DNA of 64,000 nt. It comes from Lytechinus pictus. Its lineage: Eukaryota. The position numbers and the translations under genes were made by a program. Numbering within the stretch: the first letter of the stretch is position 1; each line of letters starts with the position of its first letter. Below, piece after piece: positions 27,512 through 41,800 of the stretch. The notes beneath the pieces were generated by a model that saw nothing but the letters and a program-made list of their open reading frames with translations, was not told where the DNA came from and did no database searches. Location: contig NC_087254.1 in assembly GCF_037042905.1 (NCBI RefSeq), positions 10,664,001 through 10,728,000 on the forward strand, given 5' to 3'.

Positions 27512-27990
27512 GACTGTGGCATTATCTTAGACATAAATGACATACGTCTCTAGAACATCTAGAATTCAGAATGAGAGTATTGGTAAACCCTTACCTTTCT
27601 CTCCATTGGGGCAAGGGTAAAACATATGGGGAGCGTTCCATGAAATGTTTTATTAATGATTTCCCAAGACTGTGGCATTTTGTTAGCCATGACATAGGTC
27701 TCTAGAACATCTAAAATTCAGAATGAGGATATTGGTGTACCCGCAGCTGCTCTTTCCCTTCTCTCCATTGGGGCAAGGGTAAACACATATGGGGAGCATT
27801 CCATGAAATGTTTTATTAATGATTTACCCAGACTGTGGCATGATGGTAGACATACATGACATTGGTCTCTAGAACTTCTAGAATTATGAATGAGAGTATT
27901 GGTGTACCCTTGCCCTTCTCTCCATTGGGGCAAGGGTAAACACATATGGGGAGCGTTACATGAAATGTTTTGTTAATGATTTCCCCAGAC
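27512..27990. repeat. Three tandem units of about 160 bp downstream of the FAM20C stop
   Basis: Units begin GACTGTGGCAT at about 27512, 27668 and 27831. Confidence 0.85.
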
Positions 27991-28823
27991 TAATTTACCT
28001 TCAGCCAATCAGATGCAATGATTTGCAGTAGCTGATGATAGTTGGTGAAAATCACTGACTGTTTATGATGAACACTATAACTGTCATGACCGCATATGAT
28101 ACCTCAATACAAAATCAGATTGCTTTTGAGAATAAATGTAATCTTAAGTAGAAAGTAACTTGACATAAAAAGCAGAAGCTAATTGAATACTTTAATTGAT
28201 TAAAATGTAGACTTGTAAATATAAGCATTTCAGATTACCATGTGAAAACATTAAACAGGGAACAGCTAAATGATTATTTTGGACATTGTTTAAGAAGGAA
28301 AGACAAACCTAGAAGATAACATTCGCACGAAACTTATAACTTGTACTCATAAGAACACTTAGAATTGCACAAAATGAATAATAAATTTCGAAATGCATAT
28401 CACATTATCATTCTATCCTTGTTAAGGGATGAATAAAAAAACACTTTAGCGGCTCTTGCTTTTTTCGGAGTTGACAATTTTCTTTTTGACGATACTTACA
28501 AAGAGCTGTGAACTTTACAATAAAATTCTGACGATTGAACGAAACCACTGGAATTTCATTCAATCAACTTATCATGAGTAATAAATCCAAACATGCGAAA
28601 ATGCCAACACAATAGTTGACTTAGTCATGTAACATAAAAATGGAGAAGTCTTGACGCAACATTGACGCATTTCAGAGAGAGAGAGAGAGAGCGAGAGGGG
28701 ATCACGCGTGTCTACACTTATAAAACGGAATGCTTCAGATTTCGCATTAACTTCTTGTAGAAGTCTTACTGTTCACCAGTCATAATCAATAAAAAGAGAA
28801 GAAAACTTCTTTTTTTCTCATTA

Positions 28824-29121
28824 TTAAAAGTCAAAGTCATCATCGTCAAGATCCGAGCCGTACGGTTGCATGGCTTCCTTTTCCTTGTAGTCTTCTATCC
28901 GCGGTTCCGGTTTGAAGACTTCATCTTCGGATCCGATTCTTGTCACGCATCGCGAGAGTTGTTCAAGAATTATGGAAAGACGTCGGTCCAGAGCTTCAAG
29001 GTGCTCCTCCACTATGACTGGGGCTATTCTATCGGTTGCTAGCGAATCTCTCATGACATCACTTAATCGATATCTGTCTGACGCAAGAAGCTTGAGACGT
29101 TCGTGCGTAGACCGTCGTAAT
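28824..29121 (-). CDS. FAM20C: FAM20C extracellular Ser/Thr kinase, last coding exon
   Basis: LRRSTHERLKLLASDRYRLSDVMRDSLATDRIAPVIVEEHLEALDRRLSIILEQLSRCV...DDDDFDF*; contains the family HLEALDRRL motif; AG acceptor at 29122-29123. Confidence 0.95.
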
Positions 29122-29916
29122 CTATAGAAATATTAACAACAAACATAAATGTCATTGTCATGAATTTGCTAATCGTGCTGTAGATGAAAGGCCAGTTTTA
29201 ATGAATAATATTTCCCTTTTTAAGATTTACATAGGCCTACTAGCATGAAACGTCTCATCATGATCATTAAGGATCTTTGACATACAAACAGGACAGTAAT
29301 AAAATGCCATCTCCTTGGAGTATAATAAAAACTGTTTGTTTTCTAGCCCCACCGTCTTTATTGATGGCGGCGATTTGGAGACTATAGTGAGCTAGAAGAA
29401 AAACAAATTGCACAATGGGCACCGACGGATTTATCTAGGCTATTTTGTCATATTTTATGAATATCTTAACAAATATGCCTTGTAAGCTTCAATGATAATG
29501 ATATTATGTTAAGTATTATAGCTCGGATGGTATTCCGAGATACCGACTTAGAAAACTCTTTTCATTCACGGTATTGTCTGCTCAAATACAAAATATATAT
29601 ATATACAACCTTGGAAAGAATATGTTCCTTAAGTTCTGAAGAGGAATCAAGACCTTATGAATAAACAATTGAAGACAACATAAGCAGATATTAATATAAA
29701 ATTTTGACCGAAATGGAACAGATAAGGAAGTTATACTTCTTGAAAGTTGTACAAACATGCAATCTCTAAACTTGTTTGGATCTCTAATTGGCCGAATTGA
29801 TATGGCACATCCTCAATTTAAAACACAAAAAAAAACAATAACAAAATACTTAAAAACATTTTCAAGTAACCATCATTTCCTCGGAAATAGCGCCAATATG
29901 ATAACTGTCTACGTAC

Positions 29917-29976
29917 CTACAACACTGAATTAGAGGAGCCAATATACTGAGTTCATCATGTCTGTGCTTTCCGAAT
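29917..29976 (-). CDS. FAM20C: FAM20C exon (60 bp) FGKHRHDELSILAPLIQCCR
   Basis: GT-AG flanks, in frame with both neighbours, matches the FAM20 FGK..HDELSIL.PL.QCC motif. Confidence 0.95.
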
Positions 29977-30029
29977 CTGAAATCAGACAAAAAACACATA
30001 AAATAAGTTATGATCTACCATGTTGTTGT

Positions 30030-30243
30030 CATAATAATGATGCAAGTTACTACAATCATATAGCGCTTTAGCGTTGCAAACTATTACCCCAGCTTCAGCA
30101 CAGCTATCCTGATCTAGCGCACGAGCGTGTGGCAAATACAGATGAACCCCTTTCCCAACAGATGCAAGAGCTGCAATGGAATTTGAACCCCGGACCTTGT
30201 GGTTCAAATTCTGGAGACTTATCCACTGAGCCACCACTCCTCT
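30030..30243 (-). mobile_element. Degenerate tRNA-derived SINE
   Basis: Minus-strand GTGGCTCAGTGG and GGTTCAAATTCC boxes; head resembles the 9981-10260 copy. Confidence 0.6.
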
Positions 30244-32729
30244 AGATTTTGTTTGAATAATGAATAGCCAATAAAGAAAAAATAAAGCATCTGCATCGTT
30301 TTCATACATTTCCGCTAACACCATAGAATGCAAAAATAACCCCACTTCAAGAGCGGCTATCAAAATTTAGGTACTTTTAGTGGGGCACTTCATGTTGAAA
30401 ATAATATGATTTGACCAGAAAGAATATGCAATAGCAAGCTGATGACATCATCTGCCAACACATAATTTTCTGTTGAATGAAATTTTTGTCATTGAATAAT
30501 GTAAAAGTAAAACTGACTACGTAGCTTTGATGTGCAAACTTACCACTGCTGAAACTTATTTAGTTACAAGAAAGAGCAAAATACACAAATGCATGACAAT
30601 ATTAAGTAAGTTTGATAACAGGTAATAAAGATTAAAAAAAAAAAGTGGATACATGATATCACCAACCCAATTGCATATCCATGACGACATCCATATACTC
30701 ACAATGCATTGCTTCACAAAATAATACATTAACTTTGTTATCTTTAATAAGATTTGACATTTTCCTTTTGAGTTTACCTTATTAGTTTTATTCCATTTAT
30801 TCAGATATCACTTTTCTGCAATACCCTTTAACAAGACTATCGTACACAGAGTAACGCAAACCCGTCATAATTATTATACGTTATTTTAAATGTAATTTTG
30901 ACCTTTAAGATAAAGAGAGTTTTGGCGAATGAATAACACGAACTCATCCTTATTACAAAAGTCATAGCCGATTAAATGGGTTTTGCCCACATGTGTACGA
31001 AAACTGTCATACTTTTTGTCAAAAGTACCTTCTTATTATTTGCCGGTGACATAGTAATCAGATTAAAAATACATCTTCCAAGAGCTCGGTCACACCTCGT
31101 CGTGCACTTCATACGTGTCATATGCGAAGAACTTTGTAGAAATTTCTAGCGCCATACGCACGGGTTTTTTTTTCAAGCACGAAGCAGTATACGAAGAACA
31201 GCAATGCTGCGAATCACTGGTCACAACCCGTGCTAGTGCACCCTCCTGCGCGTAATTTGCGGCGAGATTTGTAGAGAAACGTTGTGTCGAACGCGCGTCC
31301 TTTTTTCATCAATCACGCATGAATATACAGAACGCATACCAAGTGAAACGCACAACTATCGTACCTCCTGTACGTACGTGCTAATTACGTCGAATGCACA
31401 AGCAAGTCGAGAAGGTCACGTGAGCCTCATGTCGTTCACCTCCGTATTCGTGATCTGAGGCGAATTTTATAGAAAGCAAGGTCCACACTTTCATCTAGCA
31501 CGCAGTACTCACAAGAAAGCGTTTGGACATGTTAAAAATCACTGTGTGTGGAAAGTGTTCTTATAAACGCAAGTCATACGCTAGGTCGTCGCACATCCTG
31601 CACGCACTTCTCACGTCGAACGCACAAGATCAAAAACGGAACCGTAGTCCGCACCAAGTCGGTTGTGCCTTGCAAGTAAGGCGCTGCGCCTTCGCCTCCC
31701 GATAGAAGGCCAATGCTAATAAGTAGAATGGTATAGTCCCGAAAGAAGACGTTATCAGTTGTACGGCTGGGTGTGACCACAATGTCAGACGTATGGATCA
31801 GCCAAAATGACAATGACAGTTGGGGTCTTTGCATCGTGGGAGCGAACACTTCCTATCTGCTCAGATCCAATTGCAGGCTGCGATGTATATACGTGCATAC
31901 AAAGATACGAACGAGTTGCGACCGTAGCTTTAATTAACTTAATAACGACTATTTTTGGCTCAAAATTCAGCTGATTATGAGTAAATGCCATATCAGCTTG
32001 AGTCAAATTGAGTCGGATTTATTTTGCAATACAATGCACACTTTATCTTTTAAAAGAGTTAAATGATAGCTAATACAATTCCAAGTTCATTATAATTCCG
32101 AAAAAACAAGGGTTCACAATATCAGGTGTCGATAACAACTGAAGCATATCAATAAAAAAATGACTAGCATTTCAGTATTAAGATCAAGACTAGAATGAAT
32201 ATTAAACCATTTTCAAATATCAGAATGATTATAAAACTAACCATCTGCCTTTATTAGTTTCCAGTAAATCCTATTTGGCTAGTGAAAAGACGAAATCAAT
32301 ATTTTTTTTTTTACTTGCGTGTACAAATTGATAGGAAAACGCAATATCGTGACATCTATACTCAAACTAATCAAGAAGGAAGACTCTAAGGTTTCACAGG
32401 TGAAACAAAAACTGATTGTTAAAAAATAATTACATGTACAGTCTTGAGCTTGAACCCATCCCTCCTTTCCGGGACATCATAAGCTAGGCTAACCCTGAAA
32501 ATAGCAAGTTTCTAAGAGTACCCTTCCGGCTATTCTCTGTAGTCAAGTGTTCCTACAGATTGTCGCCACTTCACATTTCAATATTTGGGATCGACAAGAG
32601 TGTATACGGGGTTATTGGAATTGAATCATTCCTCTTTTAGGACACCATGAATGAAGCTACAATATTATGTTACATAAAACGATTAAAATGTAGAATAAAA
32701 GTGATGCCTTCGCAGCCTCCTATAACCTA

Positions 32730-33623
32730 ACAAGTGGAACGCCTCTGGCAGTCTCGCCTGCATTACGCAATTCGATATAGCATCAGTGCTGCCTTTGAAA
32801 AAAAGCTAACGAATTATTATTTACAGAAGAAAACACTAATAAATTATTATGTCCATTGAATCAAAATGACCTTTGACCATGATCATGTGACCTAAGACAT
32901 GTGTAAAACAATCATTCATACTTGATTACCCTTATGTCGATTTTTTATGAGCTAGATCCATCAACTTTCTATGTTATGATACCATTCAACACATACTCCC
33001 AACTCGGCCAGAGTTCATTGACCTTTAAATGACCTTTGATCTTGGCCATGTTCCTGAGACGCGCATAGGGTATTCAGGGATACATTGCTGCTCTTCTCAT
33101 TATGTCTAAGTTTCATGAACTAGATCCATAAACTTTTAAAACTATGATGACAATTCCACATATACCCCAACATTATCAAAGTTTGTTGACCCTAAATGAC
33201 CTTTGACCTTCGTCATGCGACCTGAAAATTGCACATGATATTCAGGGATACATGGTTGATCTTATGTCCAAGTTTCATGAACTAGATCCATAAAATTTCA
33301 AAGTTTTGATGACAATTCCTCAAATACCCCCAAAATGGCTAAAATTCGTTGACCCTAAGTGACCTTTGACCTTAACCATGTGACCTGAAACTCAGGATCT
33401 TCAAGGATACACTATTACCCTTATCTCTAATTTTTCTGAACTAGGTCCATATATACTTTCGAAGTTATGACATTTCAAAAACTTAACCTTGGTGAAGATT
33501 TCGATATTAATTCCCCCAACATGGTCTAAGTTCATTGACAATAAATGACCTTTGACAACGCCGCTGTCGCCGTCGGAAAAGCGGCGCCTGTAGTCTCGCT
33601 CTGCTATACAGGCGAGACAAAAA
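32730..33623 (+). mobile_element. Non-autonomous Helentron-like element with TGACCTTTGACC tandem units
   Basis: ACAAGTGGAACGCCTCTGGCAGTCTCGCCTG start; 3' hairpin GTCTCGCTCTG..CAGGCGAGAC plus A-run; second copy at 61226-61991 on the other strand. Confidence 0.7.
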
Positions 33624-33754
33624 TGAATAAAGAAAGTCCACTTTTTGTTATCATTTATAATTTGAGACCATCTGATTCTTCAAAATGTATTTTTGGAGGT
33701 GAGTTAACATTTACATTTAACCAGGGGAGTGGGAGTTAGACTTCCCTGATTTAA

Positions 33755-34352
33755 AGGTCAAGTCCACCCCAGAAAAAATGTTGATTTGAATAAATAGAGA
33801 AAAATCAAACTAGCATAACGCTGAAAATTTCATCAAAATCGGAATTAAAATAAGAAAGTTATGACATTTTAAAATTTCACTATTTTTCACAAAACAGTGA
33901 TATGCAAAACTCAGTGACATGCAAATGAGACAGTCAATGATGTCCCTCACTCACTATTTGTTTTGTTTTTTATTGTTTGAATTATACAATATTCCATTTT
34001 GACAGATTTGACAATAAGACCAACTTGATTGAAACATATAGTATTAAACAATGCTAATTCCACATGTTCAGGGAGGAATGACTCGTTGTTTCATTTGACA
34101 ATGAGAGGAAAATTAGAATATTTCACATTTTATGTAATGAAATACAAAAGAAATAGTGAGTAGATGACGTCATCAGTCTCCTCATTTGCATACCGACCAG
34201 GATGTGCATATAACTGTGAAATTAAGCGAAACTTTAAAATGTCATAACTTTCTTACTTCACATCCGATTTTGATGAAATTTTCAGTGTTCTGCTCGTTGG
34301 ATTTTTCTCTTTTTTATATAAAATCAACTTTTTATTGGGATGGACTTGTCCT
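33755..34352. mobile_element. T2/Kolobok-type MITE, family A copy 3
   Basis: Same TIRs; ends 35 bp from the FAM20C catalytic exon. Confidence 0.9.
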
Positions 34353-34387
34353 ACAAAAAGGAAAATTCTTTTTCATTTTGTACTTAC

Positions 34388-34469
34388 GCTCTACCATGAT
34401 CGAGATGGATGGGAAATGTAAAGTTTCCGAAAGCTTCAAATGTCTCGTAGTGATGCCTGTCCATATTAC
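34388..34469 (-). CDS. FAM20C: FAM20C exon (82 bp) [28 protein letters not shown], catalytic loop and metal-binding Asp
   Basis: GT-AG flanks; NMDRHHYE catalytic motif; HLDHGR corresponds to the D(N/H)G motif. Confidence 0.97.
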
Positions 34470-35810
34470 CTATAAAACACAAACAAACAAGAAATTAATA
34501 TCAATTCAATGTGAGGTACTAACAATATCTAAAGCAATGTTCCAAGTACCAAATATAATTATGACGGACGGGTGAAACAAAAATCAGACGGGTATGTTGG
34601 CCAATCATACATTCAGCAGTATATCTGGCTGTTTTATATATCCTCTCATTTCAAGATAATTTTTTTAATTTATTTGTATATTCATTTACTTATTCATTTA
34701 TTTACTCATTTTTTATTAATCAATCTTTATATTTGTTTATTTATTAATTTGTTATGCATTTTCAAATAAAAAAGATATTTTGAAAATATCAGCAAAATAT
34801 TTAATTCAATTGCTGCTTTATAAGTTGTTATTCAGAAACACATCACCAGGAGAGTCGAAATACATTTATACCAATATAAAACAAAAACAAGATATATTTC
34901 AAAATCATTATAGAAATCACAGAGACCATACCGAGAGTTCATTTGCTGTGTAACAATTTGAGTATTAGTTCTGTTCCTCACAATCACTGAGTAATTATTT
35001 CAAAGGAAATTTGAGAAGACTTGTTTACCAATTATGAAATACTTTATATCATGAATAATGTTGACATTGAAAGTGTTCTTGGTAGAAAACTCTATATATC
35101 CCTTCCTACTTCCTAATACCAAAAAGATGTTTAAAAGGGGGCAAATCAATGAAACACATTTGAGTAAAATAATGCATCACTCTATCTGTCTATCGTATAC
35201 TTCATAATTCAACAAGAACATTTGCTTTAATATTCCTTGTTTGTCTGGAATTTCCCCGTTTTTAAATGAAATTCATAAACCCTTACAAAATCAGGTTCAA
35301 ACTTTATGCTCTCACACAGCAGAGTGTATCAATGAACAAAGCTGTAAACGGCACAGACCGTCATGTCGACAAAGTGTATGTATGTATGCATTGAATAAAA
35401 ATGATATGATTATCATAATTTTTCTCACTTCTATGAATATATCCTACTTGTATGTACATGGACAAGATTCAGTTGTAAGTTTGTATCATTAATGACTAAC
35501 ATGTCGAATAAATGACGATTTTAGATAATTTCGACAAAAGGTGATCAGGAAAAAATGCTACTATCTTCAATAACCAATAGAAGAAAATCTCGTTCGTGCG
35601 ATTTGTGTCATTCATTATTCAGCGTTTCGGAAGAGCGAACCAGTTTAAAATAGGAGCGCTGGTTTAATTTCAATTTCTGTATCCAGAAAAATCCACTTAT
35701 CAGCTGAGCTTGATATCAGGTGCACAAAATTCGTGACCAGTCACAAGAGCCTACTTACACCAGAGGAGCAAACAGCATGGGCGTTAAAAAGTTAAGAATA
35801 AATGAGGCTG

Positions 35811-36055
35811 CACTGCAAAAATTCCGGTGTTGATTTAACACCAGCCCGGAATCTATTACGTCCACACCAGACAAGTGTTAAACAACACCAGTTTCGTTTT
35901 GGTCGAACACCAGAAAGGTGTTTATACAACACCAATTAGTATTAAAACAGCATCGGTTTGATTCCAAACTGGTGTTGTTTCAATACTTTTCTGGTGTGGA
36001 CATAATTATATAGATTCCGGGCTGGTGTTAAATCAACACCGGAGTTTTTGCAGTG
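35811..36055. mobile_element. Palindromic MITE with CACTG termini and a 2-bp TG duplication (EnSpm/CACTA-like)
   Basis: CACTGCAAAAATTCCGGTGTTGATTTAACACCAGCCCGGAATCTA has a near-perfect inverted copy at the right end. Confidence 0.85.
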
Positions 36056-37254
36056 TGTTCAGGTTCTCAACAGTGCACAAAATCGTAAGAGAGCAAAGCG
36101 AGCAAGGAAACAAAAAATAGTCATTTTTTTCATATAGAATTAATTTGTATTTTTTCATCTCTCTCGAAAAAATATACACCATAAAAACACAAGTTTCTTT
36201 TCAGCCTCTTTGGTACTACTTTTGGTACTGTGGAAATCTCTTAAAAGGGGAATTCGTACAGAAGTAATTTTTTCAAAGGTGCGATTTCGCACCTATGTGG
36301 CCTGATAGCTGCAAATATAGCTGATAGCTGCAAATATTCTCCCATAAAGATCCTCTCAGCAAAAAATATTTTTCCTTGCTCTATCATTTCCGAAAACTCA
36401 ATGAACATTAGAACAAGGAGGTAGTAAGGGATATCTACATTTTCCTGTAAAAGTTGACAAAACGTCATTTGCTTTAACTTTGATAAACTTCAGAGATCAA
36501 AGGATATGCGCGGGGTGAAACTCTCTGCCGTTTGTACTGGGTTTCCCCCGTTTTCAAGAACTAAAGCTGTTTAATGTGGCTATATTATTTTGCAATCAAG
36601 TTTCTTGATCCATCAAAGCAGGCATTAAATTTAGTCCAAGAAATTGACACCTCACCCTTATTCAATAAATCTAATAAATTTTCTTAGCTTCTTTGCTTTG
36701 CACGCGCGGGTGGAGGAATTATTTGTCTTTCCTCCATAGAGCCTTCATTCAACATCAATGCCATAGACACTCTAGATTATCATCCACCGTTTCGTTCCGT
36801 GGCGACAGGGGAACCTCACTGTCAACAAGTTGCTTACACACTTGAACAGTAATTAAAAGTCACCTATAAATAGCGATGTTTAAATGAGGGAGAATTGTTC
36901 ACGGCGATGCAATAACTCATACCGAAGCACGATAACTTGTAAACAACTCTTCCCTCTCTTTCCGGCCGTGGTTTACAAAACAAAATTTTCAAGGGTGCGT
37001 GTGTGTGCACGTGCAACGCGCGCGTGTGTGAGAGGGAAGTGAGGGTGTGTATGGGTGTGTGAGTTCGAGTTTGAATATTTTATTCTTAAAATCTTTATTA
37101 AGGGAAAAGAAGGCTGGATATATTAACTTCATTTCCTGTCTACATCGCTGTAAAATGATTAGTTCAAACAGTCATGCTATAAATGTTGATTTCAATTTAA
37201 TTAAAAAAAAGGTCTATGGATATCTTAGTATGAAGTCATCTCGCAATTGTTTAA

Positions 37255-37842
37255 AGGTCAAGTCCACCCCAGGAAAAAGCTGACTTCAATAAATAGAGAA
37301 AAATCAAACTAGCATAGTGCTGAAAATTTCATCAAAATCGGATGTAAAATAAGAAAGGTATGACAGTTTAAAGTTTCGCTTATTTTTCACAAAACAGTGA
37401 TATGCACAATTGGGTGAGTCAGTCGATGTCCATCACTCACTATTTCTTTTGTTTTTTATTGTTTGAATTATACAATATTTCATTTTTTATAGATTTGACA
37501 ATAAGGACCAACTTGACTGAACAATATAGTATTGAACAATGCTAATTCCACATGTTCAGGGAGGAATTAATCGTTGTATCACTTGACAATGAGGAGAAAA
37601 TTATAATATTTCATATAATAAAATACAAAAGAAATACAATGTAGTGAGTGGATGACGTCATAGTCTCCTCATTTGCATACCAGGCAGGATGTGCATATAA
37701 CAGTTTTGTGAAATTAAGCGAAACTTTAAAATGTCATAACTTTCTTATTTTACATCCGATTTTGATGAGATTTTCAGTGTTATGCTTGTTGGATTTTTCT
37801 CTTTTTATTCAAATCAACATTTTGTTGGGGTGGACTTGTCCT
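37255..37842. mobile_element. T2/Kolobok-type MITE, family A copy 4
   Basis: TTAA|AGGTCAAGTCCACCCC ... GGGGTGGACTTGTCCT|TTAA. Confidence 0.9.
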
Positions 37843-38264
37843 TTAAGTTGACGTTCGTTGATCTTCAGCAAATGTTTTCTTTATATGGTGGGTTTCACAG
37901 TCCGTGTGCCGATGAACAAACGTGTTTTTCACGACTGTTTTTCAGAATCGGATTTTGAATTCTCTATTTCTTTTTTGTCACACAATGGGCACTGACGAAG
38001 AGTATGACTTTACCTTTTATTTTTTAGAGCTATATGCGCCGTTTTCTTTTAAAATTCTTTATAAATCTATGGTTTTATTTTATTTTTGTAATGGCATTCT
38101 ACTATAACTATAAGTAATTATAAATGTATAGACAAAAGAGACAAAGAGTACATCTTTGCGAGATTAAGTTCCCAGCAAATTTTTCCAATGTATATTCCCA
38201 ATTTTCGACGCGACACCACGTCTTCTTCAGGCCGATTTGTTATAATACGTGGATGCAGGCTTAA

Positions 38265-38867
38265 AGGGGTACTCCACGCTGAAAATAATACGATTTGAAC
38301 AGATAAAGAAAAATCAGACAAACAAAACACTGAAAAGTTCATCAAAGTCGGACAAGGAATAACAAAGTTATGGCATTTTAATGATTTGCATTATGCCGCT
38401 AAAACAGTTCCAGGCATGTATCATGAATATTCAATGAGCAAACCGATGATGTCATATCCCCACTTGTTCTTTTGTAATTCATTATTATGAAATTAGGTTT
38501 ATTCAAAGTTTTACTTTCAAGAACTAAAAAAATTGGAATGACAACTTATTTAGTGCATTATATATTCATTACTGCGACTTATTTCATTACAAGGGAGACA
38601 TATCATTCACACATGTATGAAAAAAATGAAACAATTATGATTTCATGCAATAACATAAGAAAAGGGAAAAGGGATGTGACATCATCAGTCCACCTAATGA
38701 ATATTCATGACGACGTGTATATAACTGTTTTCACAATTTATTGCTACATTTTAAAGTTTAATAACTTCGCTACTTGTTATCCGATTTTGATGAAATTTTC
38801 AGCATCTTGCTCTGTGAATTTCACTCTATTTATTTAGATATAAATACTTTCAGCCCGGAGTATCCCT
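38265..38867. mobile_element. T2/Kolobok-type MITE, related family
   Basis: TTAA|AGGGGTACTCCACGCTGAAA ... TTTCAGCCCGGAGTATCCCT|TTAA; shares the subterminal CATCAAA.TCGGA motif. Confidence 0.85.
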
Positions 38868-41800
38868 TTAATGGAGAGGGAGAGAATGAGGCACAATGTA
38901 AACGCATTGCCAAATAAAGAATAGAGGACGGGGAGGGAAGAGGGAGTGAGGGGAGATGGGGAGGGATGGAAGTAAGAGGGAGAGAGCGGGGGAGACGAGA
39001 TGCATTTTTTTATTTGCCGTTCTTTTCTTGTCTACCTCACGTCCGTCTGTACATCCATAGATTTCTTTATAAATGTTAATTGCAAATACTTACCACATTA
39101 TAAGACACAATACGTTTAATTTCGTGTTCTAATAGTGATTATACGCATAACGATAAAAAAAGCTGACCTGGCAAGCTGAGTGTATTCAGCAATACCTGAT
39201 TGATAGCAGCATGGACTAGCAACAGACAAAGAATGAAATGACTTTTCTGATTTTCCAGTCTGGTCGGTTTTAAGACATGCTCGTGTTGGAATGCAGCTTA
39301 CTAAGTCTAGAAATATACAATCAAGACAGTACACTATGTAAAGATAATTAAAACCACGTTTATGTATAGCACATTTGTTCTCATTCTGTTGGAACAGTAA
39401 TAAAAGATAATTGAAATATATCTATAAATAGGGGGATCGATTTATGAATTGTAAAAAAGGCTGTTTTTACATTACCAGACATCCTGTTTTGAAAATAAAA
39501 TAGCTGGTGATTTAAGACCATCAATACTTATAGCAGACGGAGACATAGAAGTATAAATTGAAAAAAATAAACAAAAAAACTAAAGAGAGGGGGAGAGAGA
39601 GAGCGAGAAAGAGAGAGGGGGGATGAACACAGAATTGAAAGATAATAATGATTATTAAGTAATCAATAAATCCAATAAGGCGCAAGGGCGGGAAAGAAAG
39701 ACTCAGACGGAGAGAGAGAGAGAGAGAAGGGGGAGAAGGGGGGGGGGTAGGAAGAATAGGGTCAATACACTAAGAAGTGTGCCCTCGAGGCAATTACCAG
39801 ACAGACACAACAATCTCCTTGAAGTGGTTTCCTGTCTTGGAGGGAACTCTTCAAACACTTTCGCCCAGATAGAAATATATATTTTTCCTTTTACGCAACT
39901 GAGGCGCCAGATACGTATCTGCAGAAACCATAGGCTCTTGTATACAATCAAATATGTTTTCATGACAGAATACCGTCAACAGCAGAAGAAAAACACACAT
40001 TTGCAAACTTGGTTAATGATGGAAGCAGCAGCACATAAACTAGTATCAACTTTAGTTACTATGTTTATTCTCTCGTTTCAGACAACACGCATCAGAGGGT
40101 CCCAACTTGAAACACTAAATGTCAATGAGAGTCGCTAAATAAATAAAAAAATCGGATGAAATAGAGTCGGTCATGTAGAAAACTATATATCTCCATGTTT
40201 GGCTCACAACGGAAGGAGCGGCACATACCATTATATCAACTATGTTTTTGTTTTGTTATTCTAAACTACAGGTCCTCAACTTGAATACTAAATGTCATGG
40301 AATTAAAAGTCGCTAAGTATGAAATATGACCCCCAAAAAACAGTTTTAGGATGAAAAAGTGAAACTAGATATTAAGAAAATAATTTTGTTGTTGCTATTT
40401 CTAGTTCACCGTTTAAGCACAAACACAAGAAATGACATCAAATGTTTTCTTTTTATTACGTTGCTGTTGATTTCAAACTACGACTTTAATACTAAATGTC
40501 GAAGGATTAAGAAAGTCGCTAAATATGAAATGTGAAAGAAAAGTTTTAGGATGACATACATAGACTAGAAACATAGGGGTGGATGAACTGTTACATCATC
40601 GTCTGTCATAAAAGCGGGACTTTCCCGGGATCATGTGATAATCTTCATATAAGGAGACAAAATCTGTTTTTTTCTTTGACGTAGAGATATAAAAAGTTTG
40701 ATCCTTTATAATTATGTGAAATCTTCATCATCTTTCTCGAATCCGAGTAGAGCGAGAGAGAGGGAGAGAAAGAAAGAAAGAAAGAGAGGGTGCATTGAGA
40801 AAAGAACCACATACTGACAGAATTTTCAGTTGACTAAAATCAGCAAGCAACGAGGGGGGGGGGCGCAGGGTTCATAAATGCATGGTAAATCGAAGGAATA
40901 GGCATCGAGACAGATACGCAAACATACACAAACATCTACATCGACACACCCTCACACAGACACCCTCCCACCCTCACACACCAATCACACACACTCACAC
41001 CCCAACATATACGTAGCGGAGAGATCAGTGTTTAGAACCAAAACGTAGGAAAAGCAATATATACACACACACTCCATCACGAACACACAAATAGCCCCCT
41101 ATATAGGCAGACCCCCAACCCCGCACTTGACCCCCCCCCCCCATTCCCCTAAATCGCCCCAAAACTCAGATCCACTAACCCTACACCCCTACACACATAC
41201 AACCCCCGCCCCACATACACACACACACACTCTTACACAGGATAGGAGCGAGAGGCAGTAGGAAATACAGTGGGGGAAATGAAAGACAAAAAGCAGAAGA
41301 AAATTGAGAAAAAGAAGGACCTTAAAACGCATCTATACTGGGGAGACCTTGGAAGAATTACGGGGCATGTGCAATTAGCGACAATGGATTACATATGTCG
41401 GAGATAATGCATGTCATGGATTATTATCTCTTTATGCCACAACATAACATAGCAACATAACAACACATAATTCATCTGCCCTACCCGCAAACTTTAAACT
41501 CATCAAATAAACATTTCATCAAATAAATATTTCTTTTAAAAACCGATGCCGCAACGCGAATTAATCTACTGATAAATCACTATTTCGTCTTTCTCGGATG
41601 GATTGGCTGAAGTGAGTTGTTGACCGTTCTTCGTTTCTACTATGAAAAAGTAAAATTATATGAGTAATAAGCAAAATGTAAACATCAGCATCCCCTTCTT
41701 AACGTTTATTAGTTGGAAGAAACTGAAATTTAAGACTTCAACTAATAAGCAAGGGGATTCTTTGAAATGTGGATTACAGTAATCGTTGACATTAGTTGTC

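Noticed and set aside
36864-39431. Two perfect MEF2/TATA-like CTATAAATAG sites in the long FAM20C intron
   Set aside because: A few CTA(W)4TAG matches are expected by chance in 64 kb of AT-rich DNA, and there is no other support.
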